Origin: a virus
Taxonomy: Duplodnaviria > Caudoviricetes
IMG/VR virus record: IMGVR_UViG_3300042691_033915
Coordinates: 1,005 to 65,004 of that record
DNA length: 64,000 nucleotides
Strand: one strand, 5' to 3'
Part shown: positions 28,401 to 35,973 of the stretch, piece after piece
Layout: every line of letters begins with the position of its first letter
Numbering within the stretch: position 1 is the stretch's first letter
Notes under the pieces: model-generated
The model's input: the letters and a program-made list of their open reading frames with translations, nothing else
What the model was told of the DNA's origin: nothing
Database searches by the model: none
Program-made: the position numbers and the translations under genes

Positions 28401-31400
28401 AGACGGATCGCTGGACTTCAGTAAATCACTTGATGCGGCAACCGCGAGTAGCGGTGGGTTGGTAAATCAGCTGAAAGAAACGGTAAAACTTGCCGTTGCA
28501 TTCGTTCTTACGCAGAACGCTGCTAATGCTATTTACCGATCTATTAGCCACCTTTCCTCAGGTTTTATCCAGTTTAACCAGTCGCTTGAAGACGCCAAGG
28601 TAGGCTTCTCGACACTGTTCTACAACGCTGGCGATTCCATGGGCGTGGCCGAAGGTCGCGCAACTGGAATGATCGAACGCTTGAAGGAATTTGCTAACGT
28701 AACGCCGTTCTACTTCACGCAGCTGCAAGAAGCAGCTGTCCGAATGCAGGCTTTCGGTCTTGACATCGGGCAGGTTCTGCAGAGAGACCCGAATACGGGC
28801 GAGCTTGTTGGTTACATTAAGAACATCGGAGACGCAGTAGCCGCACTCGGTGGTGGCGATGAAAAGATCATGCGCATTACGTATGCGCTTGGTCAGATGA
28901 ACTCCGCTGGTCGCGTATACCAAAACGACATGATGCAGCTGGCAAACGCCGGTATCGCTGGATACGAAATCCTTGCTGAGGCTCTTATTAATGAGCTTGA
29001 AGCCAAGGGCAAGGACATGACTAATGAGGATAAGAAGATCCTCAACGACTTGTACACAAACCGCGTAGAGGCAATTCGAAAGCTGACAACTTCAGGAAGA
29101 ATTTCTGGTAAGGCTTCGGCTGCTGCCATCCTTTCTGGACTTGGCGAAAAGTACGGCGGCGGAATGGAGCGGTTGTCTAAGACGATGACGGGTGCGTTGA
29201 GCACCGTTTCCGACATGTCTCAGTCGCTTGTTGCAACCTTGACTGGGCCTCTGTACAACGCAATTAGAGACCTAGTTGTTGAGTTCGCAGGCGTTTTGCA
29301 AAGACCAGAAACCTTGGCCGTTTTTGTTACGATGAGCCAAAAGTTGCAAGGCTTTGCTGCTACGATAAAAGAAGCAATTCCCGCAACAGTTGCTACAATC
29401 GTTAATGCGTTTACCTACCTTGGCGGAATTATTGCTAAGGTCTTTGGTGGATCTGGAACCGCAAGCGCTGTTGACCTCCTAAGGTCAGGCCTACAGACAA
29501 TAGGGGATCTCCTTTCTAACAATGTAGTAAGAGCCGCTATCCTGGCAAGCGTTGCACTAAAGGCAATGATGTCAGTTGTTTCGGCAAACCCGCTTGTTGC
29601 GACTATTGGCATTGTTCTTGCGGCCCTTGGGGCCCTCCGTCAAGCCTACGAAAGTAACTTCCTTGGCTTTGCGGATACAGTCGACAACGCAATGGCACCG
29701 CTTGCGGAGATGGGCCCGGATATTGCCGAGTCTATTATCCCGGCGCTCAAAGAACTTATTGCTGCTGCGGCTCAGGTTATTGGCGGCGGTTTGGTTCTTG
29801 CGCTAAAGGCGGCATTGCCGATTATCTCCGCTCTTGCCAGCGCTCTTGGCGGCATGGCTGGAATCCTTGAAAAACTAGCCCCGCTCATTGGTGCATTCAT
29901 GGGGGCGTGGATTGTAAAGAAGGTTGCCATTGAAGGAATGGCTATTCTATTTACCAAACTGCAGAATGCAGCCGCATCAGCCGCAATGGCTGCTGGTGTT
30001 GCTGGGGTTCAGATGTCTTCGTGGGGCAAGCCTGGGGCAACCTACTACTCGCAGAAAATCCCTGTTCGAGCAGAAACCGTGGAGACAGAAGATGGACCGG
30101 TAACTGTATATAGGTCTGCCGCCCCAGAGGAGGGCCCAGGTGCAATCTCTAAGGGTGTTTCAATTGGCGATACGGACAAGGCCAGAGGCGCCATTGCTGG
30201 GCACATGCCGTTTGAGAAAATGTATGCCCTACCGCCAGAGCTTGCAAAAGTTCGATTGCAGTATTTGTCTAACGAAGGAATTATTGACCCAGCAACCGGA
30301 AAGCTGGCCGGGCTTGATGAGCAAGCCGGCACTGCGCAAGGTGCGCGCACGGAAAACAAAATTTTGCGATCAAGAAGCATGGAAGAAATTCTTGCTGCGT
30401 CAGGACGAGTTACGGTAGAGCAAATTGTAGAAGCAAGAAAGCAGCTAAGAGGGGACCAGGCACTTCAAGAGGCAGGTCTTGTTGATGTAAGTGAAACTGG
30501 AGAAGTTACCGCAAGCGAGCGAGGGAGAAGGTTCCTTCGAGAAAAACTTGAAAACGAACGTCAACGCCGAGCATTTGATAATGATATTTCAGTAGAGGAG
30601 CAGGTAAAGCGCGACCAGGCAGAGGCTGCCAGCATTAGGCAGGCCAATAAAGAGGGCCAAAAAGTTCTTGGGTATGTGCCAAGGCAGATTCCTGATTATG
30701 CCATAACCCCAGCTCAGCTAACCCCCGAAGAGGAGCTACAGGCGCTTCGTGGGCTAAAGGGAAGAACCTTTAAGGAAGGGTTTAATTACAACTATACGGC
30801 AGAGCTTTCTAGGCGCCATGCCGAGGCTAGGGCGGCGGGCAGGTATAGAACCGGCCTGGACGGATCAGAAATTCCAAACCTTGGGCTTACAGGAAAACTG
30901 CGAGCGCGAGGCGTTGCCACCGTTAAGACAATAAGCGACATGTTCGCCATGGGCGGACAAACCGAAATGATTGGCACGGCAGCTGATAAGTTTGGCAGCC
31001 TCGCCATGGCCACAAGCGGATTGCTGATGGGCTTTGAGGCCCTTGGCTCTACCGTTGGAATTAGCAGCAAGGAGCTGCAGGGCGTCTCAACGGCCCTTAT
31101 GGGTCTGGCTATTGTCTCAAAGGGTGTTGCTGCCGCAATGGCGGGAATTAGTGCCGCTGGCGGCCTAAAGAACGCCCTTAGTGGTCTACTTGGCTCCATG
31201 GGCGGGCCTATCGGCGCATCAATTATGGCCGCAATGGCTGGGGCCGTTTTTGTTGCGTCTGAAGTCTCTAAGCACGAAGCAGAGGCGCAAGCGTATAAGA
31301 ATCAAAGGAAAGATGACAAAGAGCGAGAAAAAGCAATTAAGACCAATTGGAACGAAAGCGGGCTTGGCTATCAAGTTCCGCTGATGGCTGGCGGCGAAGC

Positions 31401-34400
31401 GCAATATGACCTTTATGGTTTCTCCGATGGGAAGACCCTTGGTGGAAACATGGGCCAATCCAAGATTGACGAGCTCGTCGCGCAAGGATTGTTTAAGAAG
31501 GAAGCCGGCGCAATACCTGGAAGATTTACTTACACCCCAACAGAGGCAGGTAGGGCAAAGGGATACATTAGCGCAAAGGCGCTAACGCAAGCCGCAACCC
31601 CAACGTTTGGCTCTGCCCCAACTGCGGCTGTTAATAGGGTAGACGACCTTCTTGTCAGCTCCACTGGCGGAATTATGGAAGCCACGCCAGCGGAAAGAAT
31701 GGGTCAGGACAATGCAGACAAGCTGCAAACACTTCTTGAAATGGGTGTTGTCAGCGAAGATTTTATTAATCAACTTGTTACAGACATCCGCATATCAGAC
31801 AACGCCAGTTTCTCTGGTACTTATAGAGACATGTACGAGAAATCAGGGGTTATACCGGCTATGCGCGAGAGGTATGGCGCGGCCTACGATAAGTCGTTTG
31901 ATCAGCAACTGTTTGGCTTGTTTAGTACGTTCGATCCAAAAGATTTCATGACCGAAATCTTAAAATCGGAAAACACAGATCGGGCAATCCTTAATAAGCA
32001 TGGACTCAGCCAATACTCGTTTACTGGAGAATATGGAAAAGAGGGCGTGCCAAACGAGGCAATCTTCTCAACGTCTGAATCTCTAAAGCTTCTTAACGAA
32101 AGCCTAGACGACGCAAGCAAGGCGCTTGACGAAGCAAAGAAAAAGCTGTCTAAGCTGTTTGACCCATTTGCAACTGCCTTTGAGCAGTTGATGGGCAGGG
32201 CTAAAGAGCTTCTCCAGCAAGAGTTCCAAGTGGAGCAGGAGCAGCTTAACGCCGAAATGGAAGACGCGTTGTACAACGTTGACGCGCTGTACAACGGGGA
32301 AACCATGCGCCTGGGTGTTTTGGAAGAGCAATACAAACTGCTCCAGGAGCAAAAAGCAGAGCAGGAAAAACTTAATGCTCTTAACGACGCGCAGGAAAAT
32401 GCCGCACGGGCAACCCTTGGGTTGTTTGACGCACAGCAAGACCCAATCCAGGCAGCCATCGCCGCAAGAGAGGCTGCTCAGAAACTGCAAAAAGAAGAGC
32501 AAAACTATCAGCTTAACCAGATGTCTGAATCAATTGATCAGGCAAAGAATAGCGTTCAGTATCAACAGACAACAACGTATTACGACGAGAAGAAAGAAAC
32601 TCTTACGGCAGATCAGGCAGAGCGCTCTAGGCGCCTAGAGGAGCGAGCGCAGCAACTTCTTAAGGATATCCAAGAGGGCAAGATTACTGTAGCCGCAGCT
32701 CAGGAAGAGTTCATGGCAATGTTTGGCGATGCCGGCTTGCCACTTGAATCTATTCTTGAAACTGGCCAGTTCCAAGGCGAAGCCCTTGCGGACATTATGG
32801 GCACAGCGTTTGCCACAAGATTCCAAGAGCTTGGCGACATTATTGTCACCACAATGGCGGATGTGGTCAAGGCTGGTATTGCGGCGGCGGCAGCTGAGGC
32901 AAACGTCGACGCCATTGTAGATCAGATTGACAAAATTGAAAACAAGAAAGACAAGATTAAGAAAAAGGATGTTGAAGCTGAACGAGACCGGATGAAGCAG
33001 GTCCTCATAAAGTCTCGGGCTTCTCTTGACGCATACTCAATTAGCGAGGGTGTTCTTGGCACAGAAGCTGGTAGAAAAGCTAACGCTGCGTCGGAAAGCC
33101 TTGTATCGCTGATTTCCGATTTGGGCAAAATGGACTTTTCTCAGTACGGCGAGTACCTAACAAGGGCTCAGTTCGGTACAGAGTTTGACCGCATTTACAG
33201 CGTCATGGATAACATTTACAAGACCTTTGGTCCATTGCAAATGATTAGCCCGACCTACGGCGATAGCCGTGATCGAACCGATCCAACGCAGCCAGTAATC
33301 AGAACAAGACCACCAAAGCCAACAACATACCCAGTGGGGCACCATGCGGGCAGTGGGTACTGGTATCCGCTCGGCGACGTTGAGTGGGCGTTCTACGATT
33401 CTATGGGTAACTTTGTTGAAAAGCGCGCCAAGGGCGGACCGGTTGGTGCCGGTCAATACATTGTCGGAGAGCGTGGGCCAGAAATGCTCACAATGTTCCC
33501 CAATGGTGGTGGCTACGTCACGCCAAACCATGAGCTTCCAAATAGCATTCAATCCTCTGCTGGCGCGCTTAAGGCAGGCAAGCAGGGACGATACTACGGC
33601 GGCCTGGTTGGTGTAACTGGTCGAGCTGGCGGCGGATATGTCGGTCCAAACCGAGACACCTGGAACTACGATACCCCGTCGGAGAGCTTTACTAGAAGCT
33701 TGGGCTTCGTTGGCGATCCTGTGGGCTTCCAGCAGCACTCGTTCAACGAGTTTATGGATAGCCCGAGCAGGACAAAGGTCGAGAAGAATGAACTAGCCCG
33801 TAGGTTCCCAAAGAACTACGCTCGCTATGTGGCAAGCAAAGTTCGCAGTGGCGGACCAAGGGGCTGGAGCCCAGTCGTCGGTAGAGCCGATGGCGGATAC
33901 CTTGGGGGATGGGATTCTTGGGATAGGCCACAGCCAGCCGAGACGCCAATTCCAGACAAAAAGGGTGGCTATGGGATAGATAGTTGGGGCGCAAGAATTC
34001 AAGACGAAAATCTTGTTAACGGCATCCCTTCGGGAAGAGTTCATTTCCTCGGCGACCTAGACCCTATTCAAAAAATTTGGAACAAGCTTGGTCCAAACGA
34101 AGGGAAAATCGGCGGAAGCGGAGATAAAATTCGCTTTGACTGGGGCGACGTAATTATCTCAGACGACTACAGAAGAACGGGCCAGACGGTTGACTTGGCA
34201 GCTCTATCTGAAGCTGCAAGGCTATCGCTTGCGGCAGCTCCGGAAAACATGTTTGACCCGAGCGATAGAACAAAAAGGGTAACAATTGTTATTACGCCAG
34301 ATTTAGGGGAGTCAGTAACGGGTCGAGTAAAATACCCAACTGGGCCAAGGAAAAATCACATTTACCTTAACCCCAGAGGAAGCACAAAGAGCGGCACCAC

Positions 34401-35973
34401 TTGGGATATGAACAAGCGCGGGGCCGCTAACACTAGCGGGTATCTGTCAACTCTTGCTCATGAAACCGGCCATTTAGTTCATTCAAGAAAACACGGGACG
34501 CCGTTCCTCAGGGGGCAAGGGATCTTTTCTCCGCTTGTTAGCTTGTTAAGCCTTGGAACTCAGGGCGGCATAGGTTTGCCCATGGGACTCCTACAGAAAA
34601 TTGAGGCTGTAAATCCAAAGCTGGCAGTAGCACTGGCGAGAACTTTCCGACTACCTGGTCTTGCGGTAAATACTCAGGGTCGACTTGCTGATCTGAATAG
34701 AGAAGCTTTCTTGCGATCAGCAGCAGGCCAGGGAGGAGATACCTTAAGTTGGGCGAAGTTCTCTGGCGGCAGTCCCTCCGTAAGCTTCTATGGAATGGGT
34801 TCGCCAGCAGAAAACTATGCAGATTCATTTAAGTATCACGTATTAAATCAGGTTCCGGGGACGCAAGGGAAAACCCTTGGGGAACAAATTCTTGGTCCTG
34901 AGCCAACTATGGAGGATCAGAGATACAGGACTGGAACCGGATGGGATCTGGTCCCAGAAAATAACCCAAGGGCGCAATATGAAAAAGACTTGCTGGAATA
35001 TAGAAAAAAGAAAGCCGTTGCCGGAACCTCTAGAGTCCTGGCAATAAGGGAGGGATGGCAAAACATTGAGCAAAACCTAAACAAGCAGTCGCTGTCCCCT
35101 GTTGGCGGTAAGGACGTTGCATATACTCGTGTAGCTGGTGGGCAGCGGCCCGATTCCTTTACGCCAACCTACAGGACCAGCTCGGGCTCTAGCGCAGTAG
35201 GCGCTGGGTTAAAAGTCTTTGACAAAAATATGAACACGAAGAAAGGCAACGTCTTTGCCTCTATTGCTGCTGATATTGGTCAAATGGCAGCATCTGGCCA
35301 GTGGGATTTTGGCAGACTCATCTTTAACAGAATTTTTGATTTGCTTGGCGCAATACCAATGATTGGCGGTAAGCTATCTGTTATCGCTGGTCTTGCAACA
35401 ACGCTACTGAGTGGTGGCGACGTCGGCAGGGCTGGGGTTGGCATGATTGGCTCTCTGCTTGGCGAGTTCCTTGGCTCCATGGCCCTTGCCCCGATTGGCA
35501 TGCCATGGCTTGGTGGATTTGTCGGCGGCGCGCTTGGCGGCTTGTTGGCTGACGCAATTTATGCTAATATTATAAATCCGGCTGCAGCGTCAAAGCCAAA
35601 CGTAATGGTTGGTGGCGGCAAATATGGCGTGTATAACCCTGGCCCAAGCATGCCAGATATTACCAAAATCCTGCCAGAGCAGCGAGCCTTTGGTGGGTCG
35701 ATTGGCAAGAACATGCCATACCTTGTTGGCGAGCGTGGGCCAGAGCTCATGATCCCTGACAGCAGTGGCTACATGTTGCCAAATACCGGTCTTCGAGCAT
35801 TGCAGGCGCCTGGGGACTTGCGAATGGCTGGCGGAGGCGCGACAATCAATGCGTCCGTCACCATTAACAACCCTGTTGTGTCGGATGCCGCAGATATTGA
35901 TAAACTTGCCGAGAAGGTAAGTTCGGCACAGGTACGCACCCTCCGTGCGGCAGGCTTCATGAGGCCAAGTTGA
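19486..35973 (+). CDS. giant multidomain tape measure protein (5495 aa)
   Basis: Follows the G/GT chaperones. TMP-like N-terminus (ISIGLDTSQF). Tape-measure domain near 28570-29250 (EFANVTPF..ITYALGQM..QLANAGI). C-terminal GG and VGERGPE motifs. Internal enzyme-like modules. Confidence 0.9.
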   Translation: MADTADQSSTGQISIGLDTSQFKAGTQAILADIRLLTQGLNQFEAAGSKVGSSFRGLRQASLSLRQFRSAVDADAIPALRKLQLQANASAASLSRVFNVGAQPNNAVSGIQRVTNALAAQERQAMRTADAMARAAMSQNRTGAMAFRNAGRSGSGSFGRGGAGTGAAGTRGARSSLDDSGAAARSIPSIAGISRAALGLELSKRSGMRKAGIAVRGRTGDTGPSFDTDQGFIARESRSQLGSRLHARELGQYISRLLASETGDVSYPVESLDLRNYAFRGSRFGPPKPRRRSGRYGTQQADLDLFEKGLEAGDLNLIEQAFGGPRSRLREDVRRLPAYLQNLIKMARNARRSSSTFFPRSNPGRPMSVHIPGRGLTELSKKSGRGGSGGNKDIDRVVSQLFPQGWKFEKRKGGHNAVIAPSGQKVFYPSSASDRRAVQNFISELRKKGAVIDGRGYGGKEGKGGPSEMSRRSGGRPVAETAFGFVPDRRLLEAMRRGDMSFGQEIGAQRLNTRRVSATVSMGGRSGPGRYSGTAIAMFPENDRGLRGQSGREVGRNLGQGDRKTRRTKLSPYSPMAEKVYEVLGAMLGAPTPAVVRRRLTPLEQQLATGGTLPQVGSSARANIGKTRRVASGRFENPQVRQRRPMGRNAWMIPWLDDFQPMKSVLRGHPTFDNEIRTQATRQLGSTRDMRRIMLLDQILGQTDRHGSNMMVGKGRGGKRRILGIDNEHMFSMGGLNRPISDLDRQLNNTPQFSSFSARYTPRDVPQGGGTLLPWMTKGSGSSLSRIKLTKQEQDASAREAKTLRGILGGKRSMKIVEESFLTAGYSKRDTDRYMAALRTRLEAAAITRESEASSGSSDAGDYSKMLEMSRRSGAQRRLASRARATGRGVMLPHDLPGGDFAELPRPLRLLGEMLHRKEVNRVARPVEFEDSTRSSLVTGETFTPGRASRGSRPVIPQNLAGRSPEQIFAEALVASHNAGMRVREIGADPERLINAQLQAMGVSVAQDGNVRRIISRSDQMTAARAYQLFRRQQKGMGSIAALSPGSVNVSSWLGQQGGDEGSRKDLLGGALDAMSGFDAFREVSAGTAGARRDRRAGQSGNRRIGLTGGFIATAPNRFYVPGMPDAAGLRNLVVGAMTHRMPGTHEQGKLAGLKGIGVPGVGTSLMAYELRRHARAIMEARRRYPGALEAKYGVTPEDLSALGRPQGSPRGLSLKASGSGMGLYEALGFSFSDPVDEDGKLPSRFMHMGGHAVVDTYEKIRAEIKRVEAGLAAQGIAYSPMEFARRSGKAWTDPNLEDRRTSISSRLVPMISDPEQLRVSEEDLLGPFTRGTRFKLQSETYTSGPSAGKPIARPKSHRGVKYYTATTPGGIKIVNIPEDIDKGRLQQLIASTETMRRKYPDKYFQVNLQYGKSDRGALGTADLGGSLMELRDSLFSEFAEQTTGWRNDFETFAPKNPNQVREHYGPWEEGKRRKFRMVPRGAPDGRHETLDNAQTLVAHEFGHLFSPDQWGRRLWKEAGFQGTMAGASMPYLDFRRRGKGVSGEYGDMATISQWHDQGRSPGGAIKDFLLPYERINSRGSYRGAPGYFGGEYSPGSKANKEMLGSQHPLREEIFPAMMRKIGELMVIGEYGPLSAVLPRYQKKTTSKGRTRMPGDTKFQTIEEAMDELWRIGGYRNAETTSPASEWYASMFERYSTRSFGQPGAIPKHNMLGYRVARIIAKNSGWAEYSKRSGGIGGMLGGLFGKGRPNIMQQITGGQTYGMTLEDLLGGEIMPGMGKAPEGFTGATGKQIFNLKTMAGEIRQVLAQPIGGEYSQGGRFPNKAMEILAGLLGVETPTILERSIGGRRLAIQPIAPADTASRFVQKRNAPPSKRVDVWEDDEIIGFFSQPLGPSSDDPDLRKQPWLASRGGRRMQILDHIAQTFDRHNSNYLLNLIDPQAGLGQPGNYRVTAIDHDLTLSPPGTGVLGRSPYRPASNVPIGIPGQFRDTQTKLAREEAATLAGVMTRRKVIEPQLLEALRAGGYSEQEALATVDAIFRRAREAFRSRMAESRGAARPDGRELSRRSGGGGMNGLTNPFAEYSKRSGGAATKDPYTSLQTAFEQVTLTAIKNLKVSLAGQKVSPQLLRSSFASFQQTILDAATGQGEFAGGSMQKALRGIAPKARKSLMGMFSGILQDMVDTGTAAFKRGDLKGIPLRKVLFGMLGSVPSTYAPDIAQIAANPALQGKKPSGSRDRIPGIAGINKYATGLQQLGGVPIAAGLRLAGSATLDQHLLDQGFNPENYRGRAGIVTDLMQKYMPSSPGLPSGLRFTDTLTPDSEGRSSWGNYMPSRGAGMVGPGTAYPDDRVGQISLDLGSQGGMRRNGLDRSTVTIGKLLATTAHEITHKMVDEAQLEAAKLSIGKTDAEKEEILKKVTAARGVPQKDKYRAYSGISGEYMFVPKGSAPIGARPIPLGSGQNPEAYSYMELPKGSITESEYKALSPKAKASYEKGYVTADQARAIDSNAGGQHINVPGHFGPQAAMLDDFGAGVTEYAQLLAASTRILQPGETQASLLRSTAQMNAGSRANITSFSAATPGVAGVLNPFQGGLLKAFDLSKATGVGSSMKPVAEFLARLQRNMSSQMTDATAAGGLDPKDLGSMFTKALAKAIEATPKGERSSALSAIRPDRMLDAAVILDSIGRAKNIPALTRMIDAGGAVPAVSSPHGIMGSDTETDADVQKINRELARGGGSRKRKPAPGPAPTPGAGPGLGSLPPDRIAVIAPKGADLLSKLTEILSMGVSGGGKENIPLRKVIRKEAGLPDRPLRGTQLATDSLTSSGIAALAEQFPELLPFVREYRPNHPLLGPQPGTRLPATKRGRRGSVIQSRISTSTAVQPYADTMDPDYYQNQADAIFGSRVNDAFNMLGGQNGLGYSPRGFGNHMNVLLDVMPEDQLQGGIDKLKQFGATMKDAFLNSKPVVGLMQDFDDAVLRAADGSLDFSKSLDAATASSGGLVNQLKETVKLAVAFVLTQNAANAIYRSISHLSSGFIQFNQSLEDAKVGFSTLFYNAGDSMGVAEGRATGMIERLKEFANVTPFYFTQLQEAAVRMQAFGLDIGQVLQRDPNTGELVGYIKNIGDAVAALGGGDEKIMRITYALGQMNSAGRVYQNDMMQLANAGIAGYEILAEALINELEAKGKDMTNEDKKILNDLYTNRVEAIRKLTTSGRISGKASAAAILSGLGEKYGGGMERLSKTMTGALSTVSDMSQSLVATLTGPLYNAIRDLVVEFAGVLQRPETLAVFVTMSQKLQGFAATIKEAIPATVATIVNAFTYLGGIIAKVFGGSGTASAVDLLRSGLQTIGDLLSNNVVRAAILASVALKAMMSVVSANPLVATIGIVLAALGALRQAYESNFLGFADTVDNAMAPLAEMGPDIAESIIPALKELIAAAAQVIGGGLVLALKAALPIISALASALGGMAGILEKLAPLIGAFMGAWIVKKVAIEGMAILFTKLQNAAASAAMAAGVAGVQMSSWGKPGATYYSQKIPVRAETVETEDGPVTVYRSAAPEEGPGAISKGVSIGDTDKARGAIAGHMPFEKMYALPPELAKVRLQYLSNEGIIDPATGKLAGLDEQAGTAQGARTENKILRSRSMEEILAASGRVTVEQIVEARKQLRGDQALQEAGLVDVSETGEVTASERGRRFLREKLENERQRRAFDNDISVEEQVKRDQAEAASIRQANKEGQKVLGYVPRQIPDYAITPAQLTPEEELQALRGLKGRTFKEGFNYNYTAELSRRHAEARAAGRYRTGLDGSEIPNLGLTGKLRARGVATVKTISDMFAMGGQTEMIGTAADKFGSLAMATSGLLMGFEALGSTVGISSKELQGVSTALMGLAIVSKGVAAAMAGISAAGGLKNALSGLLGSMGGPIGASIMAAMAGAVFVASEVSKHEAEAQAYKNQRKDDKEREKAIKTNWNESGLGYQVPLMAGGEAQYDLYGFSDGKTLGGNMGQSKIDELVAQGLFKKEAGAIPGRFTYTPTEAGRAKGYISAKALTQAATPTFGSAPTAAVNRVDDLLVSSTGGIMEATPAERMGQDNADKLQTLLEMGVVSEDFINQLVTDIRISDNASFSGTYRDMYEKSGVIPAMRERYGAAYDKSFDQQLFGLFSTFDPKDFMTEILKSENTDRAILNKHGLSQYSFTGEYGKEGVPNEAIFSTSESLKLLNESLDDASKALDEAKKKLSKLFDPFATAFEQLMGRAKELLQQEFQVEQEQLNAEMEDALYNVDALYNGETMRLGVLEEQYKLLQEQKAEQEKLNALNDAQENAARATLGLFDAQQDPIQAAIAAREAAQKLQKEEQNYQLNQMSESIDQAKNSVQYQQTTTYYDEKKETLTADQAERSRRLEERAQQLLKDIQEGKITVAAAQEEFMAMFGDAGLPLESILETGQFQGEALADIMGTAFATRFQELGDIIVTTMADVVKAGIAAAAAEANVDAIVDQIDKIENKKDKIKKKDVEAERDRMKQVLIKSRASLDAYSISEGVLGTEAGRKANAASESLVSLISDLGKMDFSQYGEYLTRAQFGTEFDRIYSVMDNIYKTFGPLQMISPTYGDSRDRTDPTQPVIRTRPPKPTTYPVGHHAGSGYWYPLGDVEWAFYDSMGNFVEKRAKGGPVGAGQYIVGERGPEMLTMFPNGGGYVTPNHELPNSIQSSAGALKAGKQGRYYGGLVGVTGRAGGGYVGPNRDTWNYDTPSESFTRSLGFVGDPVGFQQHSFNEFMDSPSRTKVEKNELARRFPKNYARYVASKVRSGGPRGWSPVVGRADGGYLGGWDSWDRPQPAETPIPDKKGGYGIDSWGARIQDENLVNGIPSGRVHFLGDLDPIQKIWNKLGPNEGKIGGSGDKIRFDWGDVIISDDYRRTGQTVDLAALSEAARLSLAAAPENMFDPSDRTKRVTIVITPDLGESVTGRVKYPTGPRKNHIYLNPRGSTKSGTTWDMNKRGAANTSGYLSTLAHETGHLVHSRKHGTPFLRGQGIFSPLVSLLSLGTQGGIGLPMGLLQKIEAVNPKLAVALARTFRLPGLAVNTQGRLADLNREAFLRSAAGQGGDTLSWAKFSGGSPSVSFYGMGSPAENYADSFKYHVLNQVPGTQGKTLGEQILGPEPTMEDQRYRTGTGWDLVPENNPRAQYEKDLLEYRKKKAVAGTSRVLAIREGWQNIEQNLNKQSLSPVGGKDVAYTRVAGGQRPDSFTPTYRTSSGSSAVGAGLKVFDKNMNTKKGNVFASIAADIGQMAASGQWDFGRLIFNRIFDLLGAIPMIGGKLSVIAGLATTLLSGGDVGRAGVGMIGSLLGEFLGSMALAPIGMPWLGGFVGGALGGLLADAIYANIINPAAASKPNVMVGGGKYGVYNPGPSMPDITKILPEQRAFGGSIGKNMPYLVGERGPELMIPDSSGYMLPNTGLRALQAPGDLRMAGGGATINASVTINNPVVSDAADIDKLAEKVSSAQVRTLRAAGFMRPS

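Noticed and set aside
30802-30822. ELSRRHA (and PRRRSG at aa ~290) as further TMP linkers
   Set aside because: Only partial matches and not at evident domain boundaries, so not counted.
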